Assembly: GCA_002492415.1 (NCBI GenBank)
Contig: DKYK01000031.1
Coordinates: 21,629-85,628, forward strand
DNA length: 64,000 bases
Source of the DNA: Christensenella sp. UBA7102
GTDB lineage: Bacteria; Bacillota; Clostridia; Christensenellales; UBA1750
Direction of reading: 5' to 3'
Notes under the pieces: generated by a model
Seen by the model: the letters and a program-made list of their open reading frames with translations, nothing else
Databases searched by the model: none
Told to the model about the DNA's origin: nothing
Position numbers and translations under genes: made by a program
Shown: piece by piece, positions 54,967 through 64,000 of the stretch
Layout of the letters: every line of letters starts with the position of its first letter
Position numbering within the stretch: the first letter of the stretch is position 1

Positions 54967-55859
54967 GCGCGGCGCTGCTGGCAGGCACGCTGTGCGGATG
55001 CAGCGGCGGAGAGTCCGTGCACGGCATCCGGCTGGTTGCGGATAGGGCGGAGGGCTACTACTGGGAGAACCTGATCGCCGGGGCGCAGCTGGCTGCGGAG
55101 GATGCGGGCTGGCAGCTGGAGGTCGCGCTGTGGGACGAGGGCGAGGGCATGCAGGCGCAGATCGAGGCCGCGCGGCAGAGCGGAGTGGAATTTCTGGCCA
55201 TCGCCTCAGCGTGCACGGAGCCGCGTCTGCCCTGGGATTACAGCGGCAGCCCGGAGGTGATCCTCATTGGGCAGGAAACGGGCGATGCGGCGACGGTAAA
55301 CGTGACCTATGATAGCAGTACCGTGGGCAAGGGCGTGGGAACGCTTGCGGGCAATAAGGTGGGTCTGCAGAAAAACTACCTGTTGGTGGCGATTTCCGAG
55401 ACCTACCGCTACAGCGACCGTTGGGAAGACGGGCTGCGCTATGTGCTGGGCCAACAGGGCAGCCGCATCGCACAGCGCGTCAACTGCGGCGACGATGCCC
55501 AGCAAGCTTACGACCAGTGCATGGATGCGCTCAGCGGCGATGTGCGCTACGACGGCATACTGTGCGCCAGCGAGAACGCTACGGTGGGCGCGCTGCGGGC
55601 AGTGCGCACGCTGGGCTCCGATGTGCCCATCATTGGGGCGGAGTTCAATGATGAGATCGCGTTGGGGCTGCGCGACGGCCAGGTGCGCGGCACCGTGGTG
55701 CACACGGTGTATGGATGCGCCTATATGGCGGTGGAAAACGCCATCCGCTTGGCCTCTGGGCGCGAGACGGACAGCAAAAAAACGCTCGAGGCGCTGCACG
55801 TCGATGTAAAGAATATGTTTGACGACGAACTGGCGCCGCTGCTCTACGATGTAAAATAG
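54927..55859 (+). CDS. periplasmic-binding-protein-type sugar sensor lipoprotein (third component of the YesMN-type system)
   Basis: ATG 54927 lies 6 nt after a GGAGGA SD (54915-54920); the track uses ATG 54921. Lipobox LLAGTLCGC and a Peripla_BP-like body. The 5' end overlaps the kinase gene by 40 nt. Confidence 0.8.
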   Translation: MRHHRVALPALCLSAALLAGTLCGCSGGESVHGIRLVADRAEGYYWENLIAGAQLAAEDAGWQLEVALWDEGEGMQAQIEAARQSGVEFLAIASACTEPRLPWDYSGSPEVILIGQETGDAATVNVTYDSSTVGKGVGTLAGNKVGLQKNYLLVAISETYRYSDRWEDGLRYVLGQQGSRIAQRVNCGDDAQQAYDQCMDALSGDVRYDGILCASENATVGALRAVRTLGSDVPIIGAEFNDEIALGLRDGQVRGTVVHTVYGCAYMAVENAIRLASGRETDSKKTLEALHVDVKNMFDDELAPLLYDVK

Positions 55860-55878
55860 CGTTGCGGTGCACGGCAAA

Positions 55879-55921
55879 CAAAGGCCGGGGTTTCCTTGAC
55901 AAAAGGGAACCCCGGCCTTGA
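55879..55921. terminator. bidirectional intrinsic terminator
   Basis: AAGGCCGGGGTT-N17-AACCCCGGCCTT. Confidence 0.75.
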
Positions 55922-55945
55922 TTGAGCGCAGGTTGTAGACCGGTT

Positions 55946-57235
55946 TCAGGCCAGGTCATCGGAGAGGCGGCGGATGATGCCGCTGGAAAGCACGAGAATC
56001 AGACAGCCGGTGTAGAGCACGGCATTGAACGCAAAGGGCAGGATGCGGTTGATGCCGGAGAGCACGCCTCCAATGTAGCCAAAGGGCGAGCATAAGCCGA
56101 TCATGATGACGTAGAGCAGGCCGCTGACGCGAGAGCGTTCTTTCTCATCAATGCACATGGCCACAAGACTATCCTTGCGAGGGGAGAAAATAGCGTTGCC
56201 GAACGCGTCGGCCAGCACGTAGAGCACCAGCGCCACCCAAGTGCTCACGCCACCGCCGCGGGGGGCGAACACCAGCAGCAGCTGGCCGAATATGAACAGA
56301 GCCAGACCTGCAATCATGGGCGGCTTGAAGGGCAGCGCGTTGATGCGCGCCTGCCACAGGAAGATGAACAACAGCATCATGCCGGCGCGGATCATCGGGA
56401 AGAAGGTGATGAAGGCCTCGGGAACCCCCAGGTTCTGCACCACGTAGAGCGAAAAGAACGTGCCAGACAGCGTGGATGTGATGTTGCACAGTATGATGAT
56501 GGCCAGTACGAGCAGCGTGGGCTTTGAGTGCAGCATGTCCCGGATGACGCGGCCGTATCCCTTGAACATGGCAAAAAAGCTGATGTCCCGGGTTTCCTGC
56601 ATGCGGATGCGGCCCTGACGCGTCTCATGGCCGAACGCGAACAGCGTCCAGAATTTGAGGGTCATGAACACGAAGGAAAACAGGTACAGCCCGCGCATGA
56701 CGGGCATGAGGGTGTAGTGGGACACCAGAGCTGTGGAGATGGGTGCGAAGAACACCGCCAGCAGCCCGGAGACGGATATCCAAGTGTAGACGTCCACAAG
56801 CTTTTTGGGATCGCAATCCTCCACCAGCAGGCAAGTCCAGGAGTTATTGGTGATCTGCCACATGGAGTTGAGAATGGTGGCGGCCAGAAACCACCAGAAA
56901 TTCTGCGAGAAAGCCCAGATAAGGCAAGGGATGGACCAGGAGATGGTGTCGAACACCACTGTGGTCACGCGGCGGCCCCACTTGTCTCCGCACACGCCGC
57001 CCAGCAGCGACGCCAGCACCTGAAAGAGCATGCCGATGGAAAGCAGCAGACCGATCTGCTCATCGCTGACGCCTAGATTGTACATAAAAAGCGTGGCAAA
57101 GGGATTGTAGAGATTGTAGGGGATGCCCCAGAGGGGCTCCAGGTAGACGCAGATGCGCGGATTGCCCTCCAGCTCCAGCAGCGTCTTGACCAGCGGATGG
57201 CGCTTGAGCGCAGTGGTGAGTCGATTTTCAGCCAT
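55946..57235 (-). CDS. MFS transporter (glycoside-pentoside-hexuronide:cation symporter-like)
   Basis: 429 aa, about 12 TM segments. GDKWGRR motif-A-like loop. Confidence 0.8.
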   Translation of the reverse strand: MAENRLTTALKRHPLVKTLLELEGNPRICVYLEPLWGIPYNLYNPFATLFMYNLGVSDEQIGLLLSIGMLFQVLASLLGGVCGDKWGRRVTTVVFDTISWSIPCLIWAFSQNFWWFLAATILNSMWQITNNSWTCLLVEDCDPKKLVDVYTWISVSGLLAVFFAPISTALVSHYTLMPVMRGLYLFSFVFMTLKFWTLFAFGHETRQGRIRMQETRDISFFAMFKGYGRVIRDMLHSKPTLLVLAIIILCNITSTLSGTFFSLYVVQNLGVPEAFITFFPMIRAGMMLLFIFLWQARINALPFKPPMIAGLALFIFGQLLLVFAPRGGGVSTWVALVLYVLADAFGNAIFSPRKDSLVAMCIDEKERSRVSGLLYVIMIGLCSPFGYIGGVLSGINRILPFAFNAVLYTGCLILVLSSGIIRRLSDDLA

Positions 57236-57299
57236 AGTGAACCCCCATGTGTATATCTGTAAGAATGCAAGGGTATTCTAACACATTTATCCGGGGTTT

Positions 57300-59444
57300 T
57301 CAATTGATACGCGAGGAAAATGCGCCGTTTTTGAGCGTTCCTTCCACCGAACGGCGGCCGGGCAGCCACAGGCGGAAGGTCACGTCCACACGTCGGTCCC
57401 ACGCAGGCAACAGGCGCACCGTGCCGCAGTCCTCCTGCACGAGCATTTCCTGCAGCATCAGCAGCGCGCTGCCGCCGTGGTTATGGTCGGGCGTCCAGTC
57501 ATGTCCGGGGCCCCAGAAAGCGGGGAAACGGCGGGGTGCGCAGGCCAGCTTTTCGCTGAGAATGCGCATGGATTCGTCCACGAGACCGAGCCGTGCGGCA
57601 AAGATGCCTCTCTGGTGCCAGCCAAAGGTGTAGCGCTGCTCATCGGTGAGCGCAGGATCGCGGTAGGCGGCAATGCAGGCGCTGCGTTCGGCCGCGGTCA
57701 GTCCGCGCGGACTATAGGGGAAAGCGCGATAGAGCTGCGGCAGTTCGCAGTTGAAGGGGGGTGGCGCGAAGTCCTCCGCGGGCAGGAACTTTTCACCGTC
57801 GGTGGGCAGATCGGGACACTGGGCGAGCAGTTCGTGCCAGTGTGGATCGTCCGCCGTATCGATGAGCAGTTCGAGCAGCCCGCGCAGGCCTGCGGCAACG
57901 TCCATCGGGTTGCACGCGCCATTTTGCAGCACGTCGTCCGACCAGGGCTGTGCGCCCTTGTAGGTTTCCAAGGCCGTGGAGGGAAAGATGCGCAGCGTGC
58001 CGCGCTCGTCGCGAGGATAGTGCGCGAAGTAGAAGTCCAGCACGGCGTGGATAAAGGGCAGATAGGGTGTGAGCGAAGTGTCTTCGTAGCGCGCGGCCTG
58101 CACCATCATCAACGCAAATTCCAGCGCGGTGGACTGATGCAGGCGCACCCAGGGCGAGAGGTCCTCCCCTTCTGGCAAGGCGTCGGGACGGCGCCAGCCA
58201 TACTCCGCGCCCAGCGACAGACCGTGCAGGTTGATCTGCTCGGGAAAGCATGCGCCCTCATGACCGTAGTAGCGCGCACACCGCGCCTGGCCCGTCGCCA
58301 ATCGATCCAGATAGAAACGAAGCTGTGGGCGCATGGCTTCGGCATCCCCGCTCCCCAGCATTGGCCAGTAGACCAGACGCTGATTCTGCGCGGTAAACCC
58401 GCTGCCCGACCAGGCGCGGTAATCCGGCGTGAACTTCTCATAGAAGGTAAACAGGCCGCCGTTGAACTTGGTGGGAAGAGAGCCGTAGTAGTTGCAGCCC
58501 AGCATGTAGCGGAACAGCGCGGCGTTGCGGCCCAACTGCCACAATTCACTGCCAGGGTGGTCGGGGTCGATGAAAATAAAGGAGCGGGAGAAGTACTCGC
58601 GCCACCAGTTTGCGGTTTTGGCGCGGCATGCAGGGGCGAGGGCGATGCGGCGCGCGTCACGGCTAAAATCCTCCGCAGAGGCGTATTGTCCTGCCACGAG
58701 CGATACGGTCAGTTCGACTTCGCGCGTGGGCGGGATCACGTAGCGCAGCTCGGTCTGCTCGCAGCCGTCGAAAGAACCGTACTGCGTGCCGGTGTAGCGC
58801 AGGCCGTCGCCTGTAAGATATCCGCCAAAGGTGTTGCGATGCAGCGGGTCGGGCACGGCATCACAGCCCACAAGGCCCTGCTGCCGCAACAGGCGGTCGC
58901 GCAGCGAGGGATGATCGGGATTGCGGTGGTAGAAGAGCAGGCCGTCCGGCTCCGGCAGCAGCACGTCGGGCGTGGTGAAAGCAGTGTACGGACAGGAATC
59001 GCCGGGCAGCGCGGCATAGTCGCGGCACTGACCGAGTTCTTCGCCTGAGAGAGGATGGGTACGGCTGCGCCAACAATCGAAAAATACCTGCAGCGGAATT
59101 GGTGAGTCCGCATGAAAGGAGAGATGGAGGCAGGCGGTGTCCACATCCACCCACAGCAGCATGGAAAGACCCTCGGCGTCGATGCGGATGCAGCCCTCTT
59201 CCAGATGAAGCGTCTGGCGAAAATCGCGACACAGCCTGGCGCGGTCGCCCGGCACGATGCGCAGGCGGCCCAGCTTGAGCAGCGCGCCATTCTCGTCGAA
59301 TGCGCCGGATTTGGCTAAATAGATGCACAGCTGACCGTCCTGCGCCCAAACGTTGCAGCCCGCGTCGCGCCCGCCCAGGGGCATGCTGTCCGCACCGCTG
59401 CCGCTCTGACCCCGCCAGGTCAGGTTGTAATCAGAAATCTGCAT
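57300..59444 (-). CDS. large putative glycoside hydrolase (DUF5703-N / six-hairpin-like), cytoplasmic
   Basis: The track start 59450 is GTG. ATG 59444 lies 7 nt after an AGAGGAG SD. The N-terminus YNLTWRGQSGSGADSMPLGGRDAGCNVWAQDGQLCIYLAKSGAFDENGALLKLGRLRI matches my memory of the DUF5703 N-domain. No signal peptide. The family call is tentative. Confidence 0.6.
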   Translation of the reverse strand: MQISDYNLTWRGQSGSGADSMPLGGRDAGCNVWAQDGQLCIYLAKSGAFDENGALLKLGRLRIVPGDRARLCRDFRQTLHLEEGCIRIDAEGLSMLLWVDVDTACLHLSFHADSPIPLQVFFDCWRSRTHPLSGEELGQCRDYAALPGDSCPYTAFTTPDVLLPEPDGLLFYHRNPDHPSLRDRLLRQQGLVGCDAVPDPLHRNTFGGYLTGDGLRYTGTQYGSFDGCEQTELRYVIPPTREVELTVSLVAGQYASAEDFSRDARRIALAPACRAKTANWWREYFSRSFIFIDPDHPGSELWQLGRNAALFRYMLGCNYYGSLPTKFNGGLFTFYEKFTPDYRAWSGSGFTAQNQRLVYWPMLGSGDAEAMRPQLRFYLDRLATGQARCARYYGHEGACFPEQINLHGLSLGAEYGWRRPDALPEGEDLSPWVRLHQSTALEFALMMVQAARYEDTSLTPYLPFIHAVLDFYFAHYPRDERGTLRIFPSTALETYKGAQPWSDDVLQNGACNPMDVAAGLRGLLELLIDTADDPHWHELLAQCPDLPTDGEKFLPAEDFAPPPFNCELPQLYRAFPYSPRGLTAAERSACIAAYRDPALTDEQRYTFGWHQRGIFAARLGLVDESMRILSEKLACAPRRFPAFWGPGHDWTPDHNHGGSALLMLQEMLVQEDCGTVRLLPAWDRRVDVTFRLWLPGRRSVEGTLKNGAFSSRIN

Positions 59445-59952
59445 GTTCACACTCCTCTGCGTGGCTGGCGATGGGGAGAACGGTGAGGGAATGACCCGTC
59501 AGCGGAAGAAAATTGTGCAGGAAGACCTGAGTGTCCATCCAAAGGGAAGCTGTATCCATCAGCGGGTGAAAGGCGATGGCAGGAAGCTGCAGCAGGTCCT
59601 CGTCGCACAGCAGGCGCACCTCCCGCGCCTCGGGGAAGAGGAGACCCATGGGCGAGACGCAGCCGGGATGGGCATGCAGCAGGCGCAAAAGCGCGTCGTC
59701 CTTGCCAAAGGACAGGCGGGACACGCCCAGCGTCCGGCTCACCTCGCGGGTGACAAAGGGCTTGTCCGCGCGGATGAGCAGCAGGTAATACTGCGTGCCG
59801 GCGCGATTGCACAGAAACAGGTTCTTGCAGTGCGGCGCAGGCAGGCCAAGCGCGGCGCAATCGGCCATGGTTTCCACCCTTTTGTGCTCGGCATACGAAA
59901 AAGGAATGCCGTTAAGTTTCAGAAATTCCAGCACTTTTTCTTGTGATTCCAT
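59431..59952 (-). CDS. YbaK/ProX-type aminoacyl-tRNA deacylase domain protein
   Basis: ATG 59952 (MESQEKVLEFLKLNGIPFSY) follows an AGAGGAG SD. HCKNLFLC, YYLLLIRADK and GCVSPMG are typical of the family. The 3' end overlaps the hydrolase start by 14 nt. Confidence 0.8.
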   Translation of the reverse strand: MESQEKVLEFLKLNGIPFSYAEHKRVETMADCAALGLPAPHCKNLFLCNRAGTQYYLLLIRADKPFVTREVSRTLGVSRLSFGKDDALLRLLHAHPGCVSPMGLLFPEAREVRLLCDEDLLQLPAIAFHPLMDTASLWMDTQVFLHNFLPLTGHSLTVLPIASHAEECEHADF

Positions 59953-60020
59953 AATGACTCCTCTATAATGTTTTCTATAGTTTAACACACGCGGGCGCGT
60001 GCTTCAAGGAGGGCTAAGAC

Positions 60021-60917
60021 ATGAAGGAAATTGCGGAAAAGCATCAGTTTTACAGCTTTGACGCGCAGGGCATGGAGCCGGTTGAGCGGGTAGGGGACGG
60101 CGATATTGTGCGCTTTCACACACAGGATTGCTATGCAGGGCTTCTCAAGACGGAGCAGACGCGGCGCGAGGACATTGTGCATCTGGGGCCGCCGGCCAAT
60201 CCCACCACGGGGCCTGTGTATGTGGAAGGCGCGGAGCCGGGCGACACGCTCAAGGTGGAGGTGCTGGCCATCTATCCGGGCGACCATGGCACGATGCGCG
60301 TGCGCCCCTCGGTGGGGGCGCTGGGCGATGCGGTAGAAAAGGAGCATGTGCGCATTTTCCCCATCCATAGCACGGAGTGGATCGACTTTGACGGCCTGCG
60401 CGTGGAGCTGCGGCCCATGATCGGCGTGATCGGCGTGGCGCCAAAGGAGGGAAACTGGGATACCGACACGCCCTATCAGCACGGGGGAAACATGGATAAC
60501 CGGGACATCACCGCGGGTTGCACGCTGTATTTTCCGGTGCATCAGCCGGGCGCGCTGTTCGGCCTGGGCGATGTGCACGGGCAGATGGGCGATGGCGAGG
60601 TGTGCATCTGCGGGCTGGAGATGGCGGCAACGGTGGACGTGCGGCTGAGCGTCGTCAAGGGCAGGCAGGAGGCGTGGCCCTTCTGGGAACGAGACGGCCG
60701 CTGGTCGGTGATGTGCTCGGAAAAGACGCTGGACGAGGCGGCAAAGGACGCGCGCTATGCGATGCTGGATTTTCTGAAGAAACGCACGACCATTCCCAAC
60801 GACGAACTGACGATGCTGCTCTCGCTTATCGGCGATACGGCGGTATGCCAAGTGGTGGATCCGCTGCAGACGGTGCGGTTTACGCTGCGGCAGGGGATTG
60901 GTCAGATCGCGTTTTGA
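60021..60917 (+). CDS. acetamidase/formamidase family protein
   Basis: 298 aa. AAGGAGGG SD. NPTTGPVYVEGAEPGDTLKVEV, GGNMDNRDI and GDGHA-like GDVHGQMGDGEV motifs. Confidence 0.85.
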   Translation: MKEIAEKHQFYSFDAQGMEPVERVGDGDIVRFHTQDCYAGLLKTEQTRREDIVHLGPPANPTTGPVYVEGAEPGDTLKVEVLAIYPGDHGTMRVRPSVGALGDAVEKEHVRIFPIHSTEWIDFDGLRVELRPMIGVIGVAPKEGNWDTDTPYQHGGNMDNRDITAGCTLYFPVHQPGALFGLGDVHGQMGDGEVCICGLEMAATVDVRLSVVKGRQEAWPFWERDGRWSVMCSEKTLDEAAKDARYAMLDFLKKRTTIPNDELTMLLSLIGDTAVCQVVDPLQTVRFTLRQGIGQIAF

Positions 60918-61005
60918 GAGGATAAGAGGTGCGGCTCCCGCGCGTGAACAGGGCCGTGGACGCAGCTTTTGCAACTTTGTTACACGGTTTTGCGCTCCAC
61001 ATTGG

Positions 61006-61034
61006 TTGCATATGCGCATCTTTCCTGTTATCAT
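61006..61034 (+). promoter_or_regulatory. sigma-A-like promoter
   Basis: TTGCAT (61006-61011), 17-nt spacer, TATCAT (61029-61034). Confidence 0.5.
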
Positions 61035-61073
61035 GATAGAGAGGACAGTTCCTCTGGACAGGAGGTGTGAAAT

Positions 61074-62039
61074 ATGAAGAAAAGGTTGTTCTGTGCGCTG
61101 CTGGCAGCGCTGCTGCTATTGCTGGCCGGCTGTGCCCGCGGCACAAAGATCGTTCCCATCGAAACGCTCAGCCCGGTGCAGACGCAGGCGAGTATTTTCA
61201 CTCCGGCGCCCACGCAGACGGCGCAAGTACAGACGGATGAACCGCTGGTGGTGGCGCGCATTGAGGAGTCGGGCATGAGCATTGGCACGCGCGTCAATCC
61301 GCCGATGGGCTATACGCGCATCTATGCCGCGGAGGGGTCTTTCTCCGACTTTCTGCGCAAGTACCCGGTGCGGGTGGCCGGCGCGGAGGTGATGCTCCAT
61401 GATGGCACGGCGCGGCAGGATGCGCAGGCCGCGGCGGTGCTGGACGTGACGCTGGGCAAAAAGAACCACGAGGGGCCTGCGGGCGCAATCGCGCGCCTGA
61501 TCGCGGAGTATTTGTACGCACAGGAGAGATATTCCGACCTTTCCTTTACCATTGGGAAGAGTTTTGACTTTTCATTTGACAGATGGAGACAGGGCAAGGT
61601 GCTCAAGAGCAGCGGGAGCCAGCTGGAGTGGACCGACGGCGGGCAGGACAGCAACGGCGAGGAGAACTTCAAGGCGTACCTGTCTACGCTGTTCGTGTAT
61701 ATCTCCATGTCCACACTGCAAAAGGATCTGGTGAAGATCGAGGATGTGGACGCGGAAGAGATCCAGGTGGGCGACATCTTTATTGCAAAAAATAGCGAGG
61801 GCAGGGAGCACGCCGTCATGGTAGCGGATCTGTGCAACAACGACGAGACGGGCGAGCGGCTGATGCTGCTCGTGCAGGGCGGCACTCCCGCCCAGCAGCT
61901 GCACATCGTGGACAACCCATCCGATGCTTCCATCGCGCCGTGGTACCCCTGCGGTTTTGCATCGGAACTGAGCACGCCGGATCTTACGCTGGATATTGAG
62001 AAACGCTATCGCTTTGCTGCATTTCAGAAGAAAGAATAG
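61074..62039 (+). CDS. lipoprotein of unknown function (possibly DUF4846-like)
   Basis: 321 aa. CAGGAGGTG SD. Lipobox LLLLAGC. The family guess is low-confidence. Confidence 0.7.
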   Translation: MKKRLFCALLAALLLLLAGCARGTKIVPIETLSPVQTQASIFTPAPTQTAQVQTDEPLVVARIEESGMSIGTRVNPPMGYTRIYAAEGSFSDFLRKYPVRVAGAEVMLHDGTARQDAQAAAVLDVTLGKKNHEGPAGAIARLIAEYLYAQERYSDLSFTIGKSFDFSFDRWRQGKVLKSSGSQLEWTDGGQDSNGEENFKAYLSTLFVYISMSTLQKDLVKIEDVDAEEIQVGDIFIAKNSEGREHAVMVADLCNNDETGERLMLLVQGGTPAQQLHIVDNPSDASIAPWYPCGFASELSTPDLTLDIEKRYRFAAFQKKE

Positions 62040-62051
62040 AGGAATGACGCT

Positions 62052-62978
62052 ATGATCTGTGCAGTATGCTTGAATCCCTGCATTGATAAAACCGTTGAGA
62101 TCGATCAGTTCACCTATGGCGGCATGAACCGCATCCGCGCCTCGCGCGAGGACGGATGCGGCAAAGGGGTCAACGTCGCGCTGGTGGCAAGGCAGATGGG
62201 CATGGAGTCAGCGTGTATTGGATTTTTGTTTGAGGAAAACGGCGCGCTCATCGCGGACCGACTCCGGGATGCCGGCGCACGGGAGGACTGCATCTGGCTG
62301 CCGGGGCGTGTGCGCACCAATATGAAGGTGTTCGACCGGGAGAACAGCCGCATCACCGAGATCAACGAGAGCGGCGCGTTCATCTCCGAGGCGGACCAGG
62401 CGCGCATGGTGGAGCGGGTGCGGCAGTGGTCCGCACGGTGTGATACGATGGTATTTACCGGCTCGCTGCCTCCGGGCTGCCCTGCGGAGTTTTACAAGAC
62501 GCTGATGGAGGCTGCGCAGGGTCGCTGCCGCTGCGTGCTGGACGCCGAGGGCGAAAAGCTGACGCGGGGCATGGAGGCCAGGCCCTTCCTCATCAAGCCC
62601 AATCAGTACGAGCTGGAGCTGCGCACGGGCAGAGAACTGAAAACGGTGCGGGACATCAAGCGCGCTGCGTTGGATTGTGTGGCCGAGGGCGTTCAAATCG
62701 TCGCGGTATCGCTGGGCGGAGACGGCGCGTTCATCACGGACGGGGAGCACAGCTATTTTGCGCCCATAGTGCCGGTTAAGGTGCGCTCTACCGTGGGCGC
62801 GGGTGACAGCATGGTCACGGGCTTTCTGCACGGGCTGGCGCTGGGCGAGGACCTGCGCGGCATCTTCCGCAGAGGCGTTGCGGCGGGCACGGCGGCGGTC
62901 ACGACCGAGGGTACGCAGTTGCTCACGCGCACGCTTTACGAAGAAATGCTTGAAAGAGTGGTTATTGAGGAAGTATAA
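62052..62978 (+). CDS. 1-phosphofructokinase-family hexose-phosphate kinase (PfkB)
   Basis: 308 aa. The N-terminus MICAVCLNPCIDKTVEI is typical of FruK/LacC-type kinases. GKGVNVA motif and C-terminal VGAGDSMVTGF. Confidence 0.85.
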   Translation: MICAVCLNPCIDKTVEIDQFTYGGMNRIRASREDGCGKGVNVALVARQMGMESACIGFLFEENGALIADRLRDAGAREDCIWLPGRVRTNMKVFDRENSRITEINESGAFISEADQARMVERVRQWSARCDTMVFTGSLPPGCPAEFYKTLMEAAQGRCRCVLDAEGEKLTRGMEARPFLIKPNQYELELRTGRELKTVRDIKRAALDCVAEGVQIVAVSLGGDGAFITDGEHSYFAPIVPVKVRSTVGAGDSMVTGFLHGLALGEDLRGIFRRGVAAGTAAVTTEGTQLLTRTLYEEMLERVVIEEV

Positions 62979-63015
62979 TAGGCGAAACACTATTTTTGTC
63001 GGAGGAGTAAAGAAT

Positions 63016-64000
63016 ATGGCGAAGGTTGGCATCATCGGCCATGGCGTGGTGGGCAGCGGCGTCGCGTCCATTCTACTGGAAAACGCGGACGTGCTGGCAG
63101 CCCGAGCGGGCGAGAAGATAGAGCTGGGCGGGGTGTGCGACCTGCGCGAGTTTGACGTTAGCTATAAGCATCTATTCACGAAGGATGCACAGGAGATCTA
63201 CGCCGCGCCGGATATTGACATTGTGGTTGAATGCATGGGCGGCAAAGGATTGGCGTACAAGTTTGTCAAGGCGGCCCTGGAGAACGGCAAGCATGTCGTG
63301 ACCTCCAATAAGGAATTGATCGCCACCTGCGGCACAGAGTTAGAGGCAATCGCGGCAAAAAAAGGCGTGCAGCTGCGCTACGAAGCCTCCTGCGGCGGCG
63401 GAATTCCCGTCATCAAGCCTCTTGAAGAGGATCTGGGCGCCAATCGGCTTACGCGCGTGGCGGGCATACTCAACGGCACCACCAACTATATCCTCACCCG
63501 CATGCGCGAGGGTGGCGTGTCCTTTGAGACGGCGCTGGAGGAAGCGCAGCAGAGAGGATACGCCGAGGCCGATCCCTCTGCAGATGTGCTGGGCTGGGAT
63601 GCACGGCGGAAAATCTGCATATTGGCGCACGTGGCCTTCGGCACGCCGCTGGACGATAGCGCAATTTGCAGCGAGGGCATTGATAAACTGACGCAAGAGG
63701 ACATGCTCTATGCGCGTGAGCTGGGCCGCGCTGTGAAGCTGCTGGGCATGGCGGAATTGCTGCCCGAGGGGTGGCGCGCGTCCGTCGCGCCCGCGATGTT
63801 GCCCGATACCCATCCGTTGGCCTGCGTCAACGATGTGTTCAACGCGGTGATGGTGCACGGCGATCGCGTGGACGATGTGATGTTCTACGGAAGAGGCGCG
63901 GGCACGGCGCCCACGGCGAGCGCGGTGTGCGGCGATGTGCTGGACATTGTGCGCCATCCGAAAAAAGTAGGGGGACGCGTGGAGTGCAGCGAACTGCCCG
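63016..64000 (+). CDS. hom: homoserine dehydrogenase (3' end beyond window)
   Basis: Not in the track because no stop falls inside the window. ATG 63016 follows a GGAGGAG SD. Open frame MAKVGIIGHGVVGSGV ... NGTTNYILTRM ... GYAEADPSADVLGWDARRKICILA ... GRGAGTAPTASAV. Confidence 0.9.
   Translation, partial: MAKVGIIGHGVVGSGVASILLENADVLAARAGEKIELGGVCDLREFDVSYKHLFTKDAQEIYAAPDIDIVVECMGGKGLAYKFVKAALENGKHVVTSNKELIATCGTELEAIAAKKGVQLRYEASCGGGIPVIKPLEEDLGANRLTRVAGILNGTTNYILTRMREGGVSFETALEEAQQRGYAEADPSADVLGWDARRKICILAHVAFGTPLDDSAICSEGIDKLTQEDMLYARELGRAVKLLGMAELLPEGWRASVAPAMLPDTHPLACVNDVFNAVMVHGDRVDDVMFYGRGAGTAPTASAVCGDVLDIVRHPKKVGGRVECSELP

Noticed and set aside
39297-59048. Other long antisense ORFs: 39297..40766, 46165..47409, 49428..50480, 50563..51564, 52377..53309, 57477..59048, 59982..61034. 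ORF 22171..23085, which lies outside this span, belongs to the same class.
   Set aside because: Each lies opposite a gene with clear motifs. None has a start context, and all show shadow-ORF amino-acid bias.
1-64000. Scan for CRISPR arrays, tRNA/rRNA genes, IS elements, prophage or defence-island signatures.
   Set aside because: No spaced direct repeats, no intergenic region long enough for a tRNA or rRNA that other features leave unexplained, and no transposase, integrase or phage structural genes were seen. Intergenic space is almost fully accounted for by promoters, terminators and one T-box. This was done by eye only, so short or degenerate elements could have been missed.

Overview
This is a 64-kb, GC-rich, gene-dense chromosomal segment. 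GC is mostly above 60% by spot counts of single lines; I did not compute it systematically. The hallmarks are Firmicutes/Clostridia: AGGAGG-type Shine-Dalgarno sites, a T-box leader, a YesM/YesN-type sensor pair, and a short archaeal-type AspRS followed by gatCAB. I can support about 62 protein-coding genes, including three the ORF track misses: a flavodoxin gene cut by the left edge, homoserine dehydrogenase cut by the right edge, and a 49-aa membrane ORF. I also support one T-box leader, one TetR operator-like 21-bp perfect palindrome, three sigma-A-like promoters and about 15 intrinsic terminators. I saw no rRNA, tRNA, CRISPR array, IS element or prophage block. The only mobility-type gene is a lone small serine recombinase. 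Many long ORFs in the track are antisense shadow ORFs typical of GC-rich DNA, and many real genes start downstream of the track start; I re-placed those starts using SD spacing. The main modules are as follows. (1) A lower-GC TetR-flavodoxin pair. (2) Two Gfo/Idh/MocA oxidoreductases, an AraC regulator and a TIM-barrel isomerase. (3) Cell-wall genes: an NlpC/P60 peptidase with 4 PG-binding repeats and an L-Ala-D/L-Glu epimerase. (4) anSME, fucO and an HD protein. (5) A Ca-type P-type ATPase lying divergent to a hypothetical gene translationally coupled to ftsH. (6) A small accessory-looking stretch: TetR, serine recombinase, DUF1002, HD-WYL, DUF3795 and 2 VOC genes. (7) A membrane/secreted operon of unknown function. 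(8) A CUT1-type sugar ABC importer. (9) A T-box(Asn)-aspS-gatCAB operon. (10) A sigma factor and partner lying convergent to a beta-lactamase-fold/NUDIX fusion. (11) A sugar locus: ROK regulator, atypical kinase, three-component sensor, MFS transporter, DUF5703-like hydrolase and YbaK. I did not find a clear-cut new multi-gene system such as a defence island. The best leads are the serine-hydrolase/NUDIX fusion, the unknown gene coupled to ftsH, the overlapping HD-WYL pair with its small-molecule genes, the unknown envelope operon, and the uncharacterised glycan locus. All functional calls rest on motifs I recognise by eye; no database search was run.
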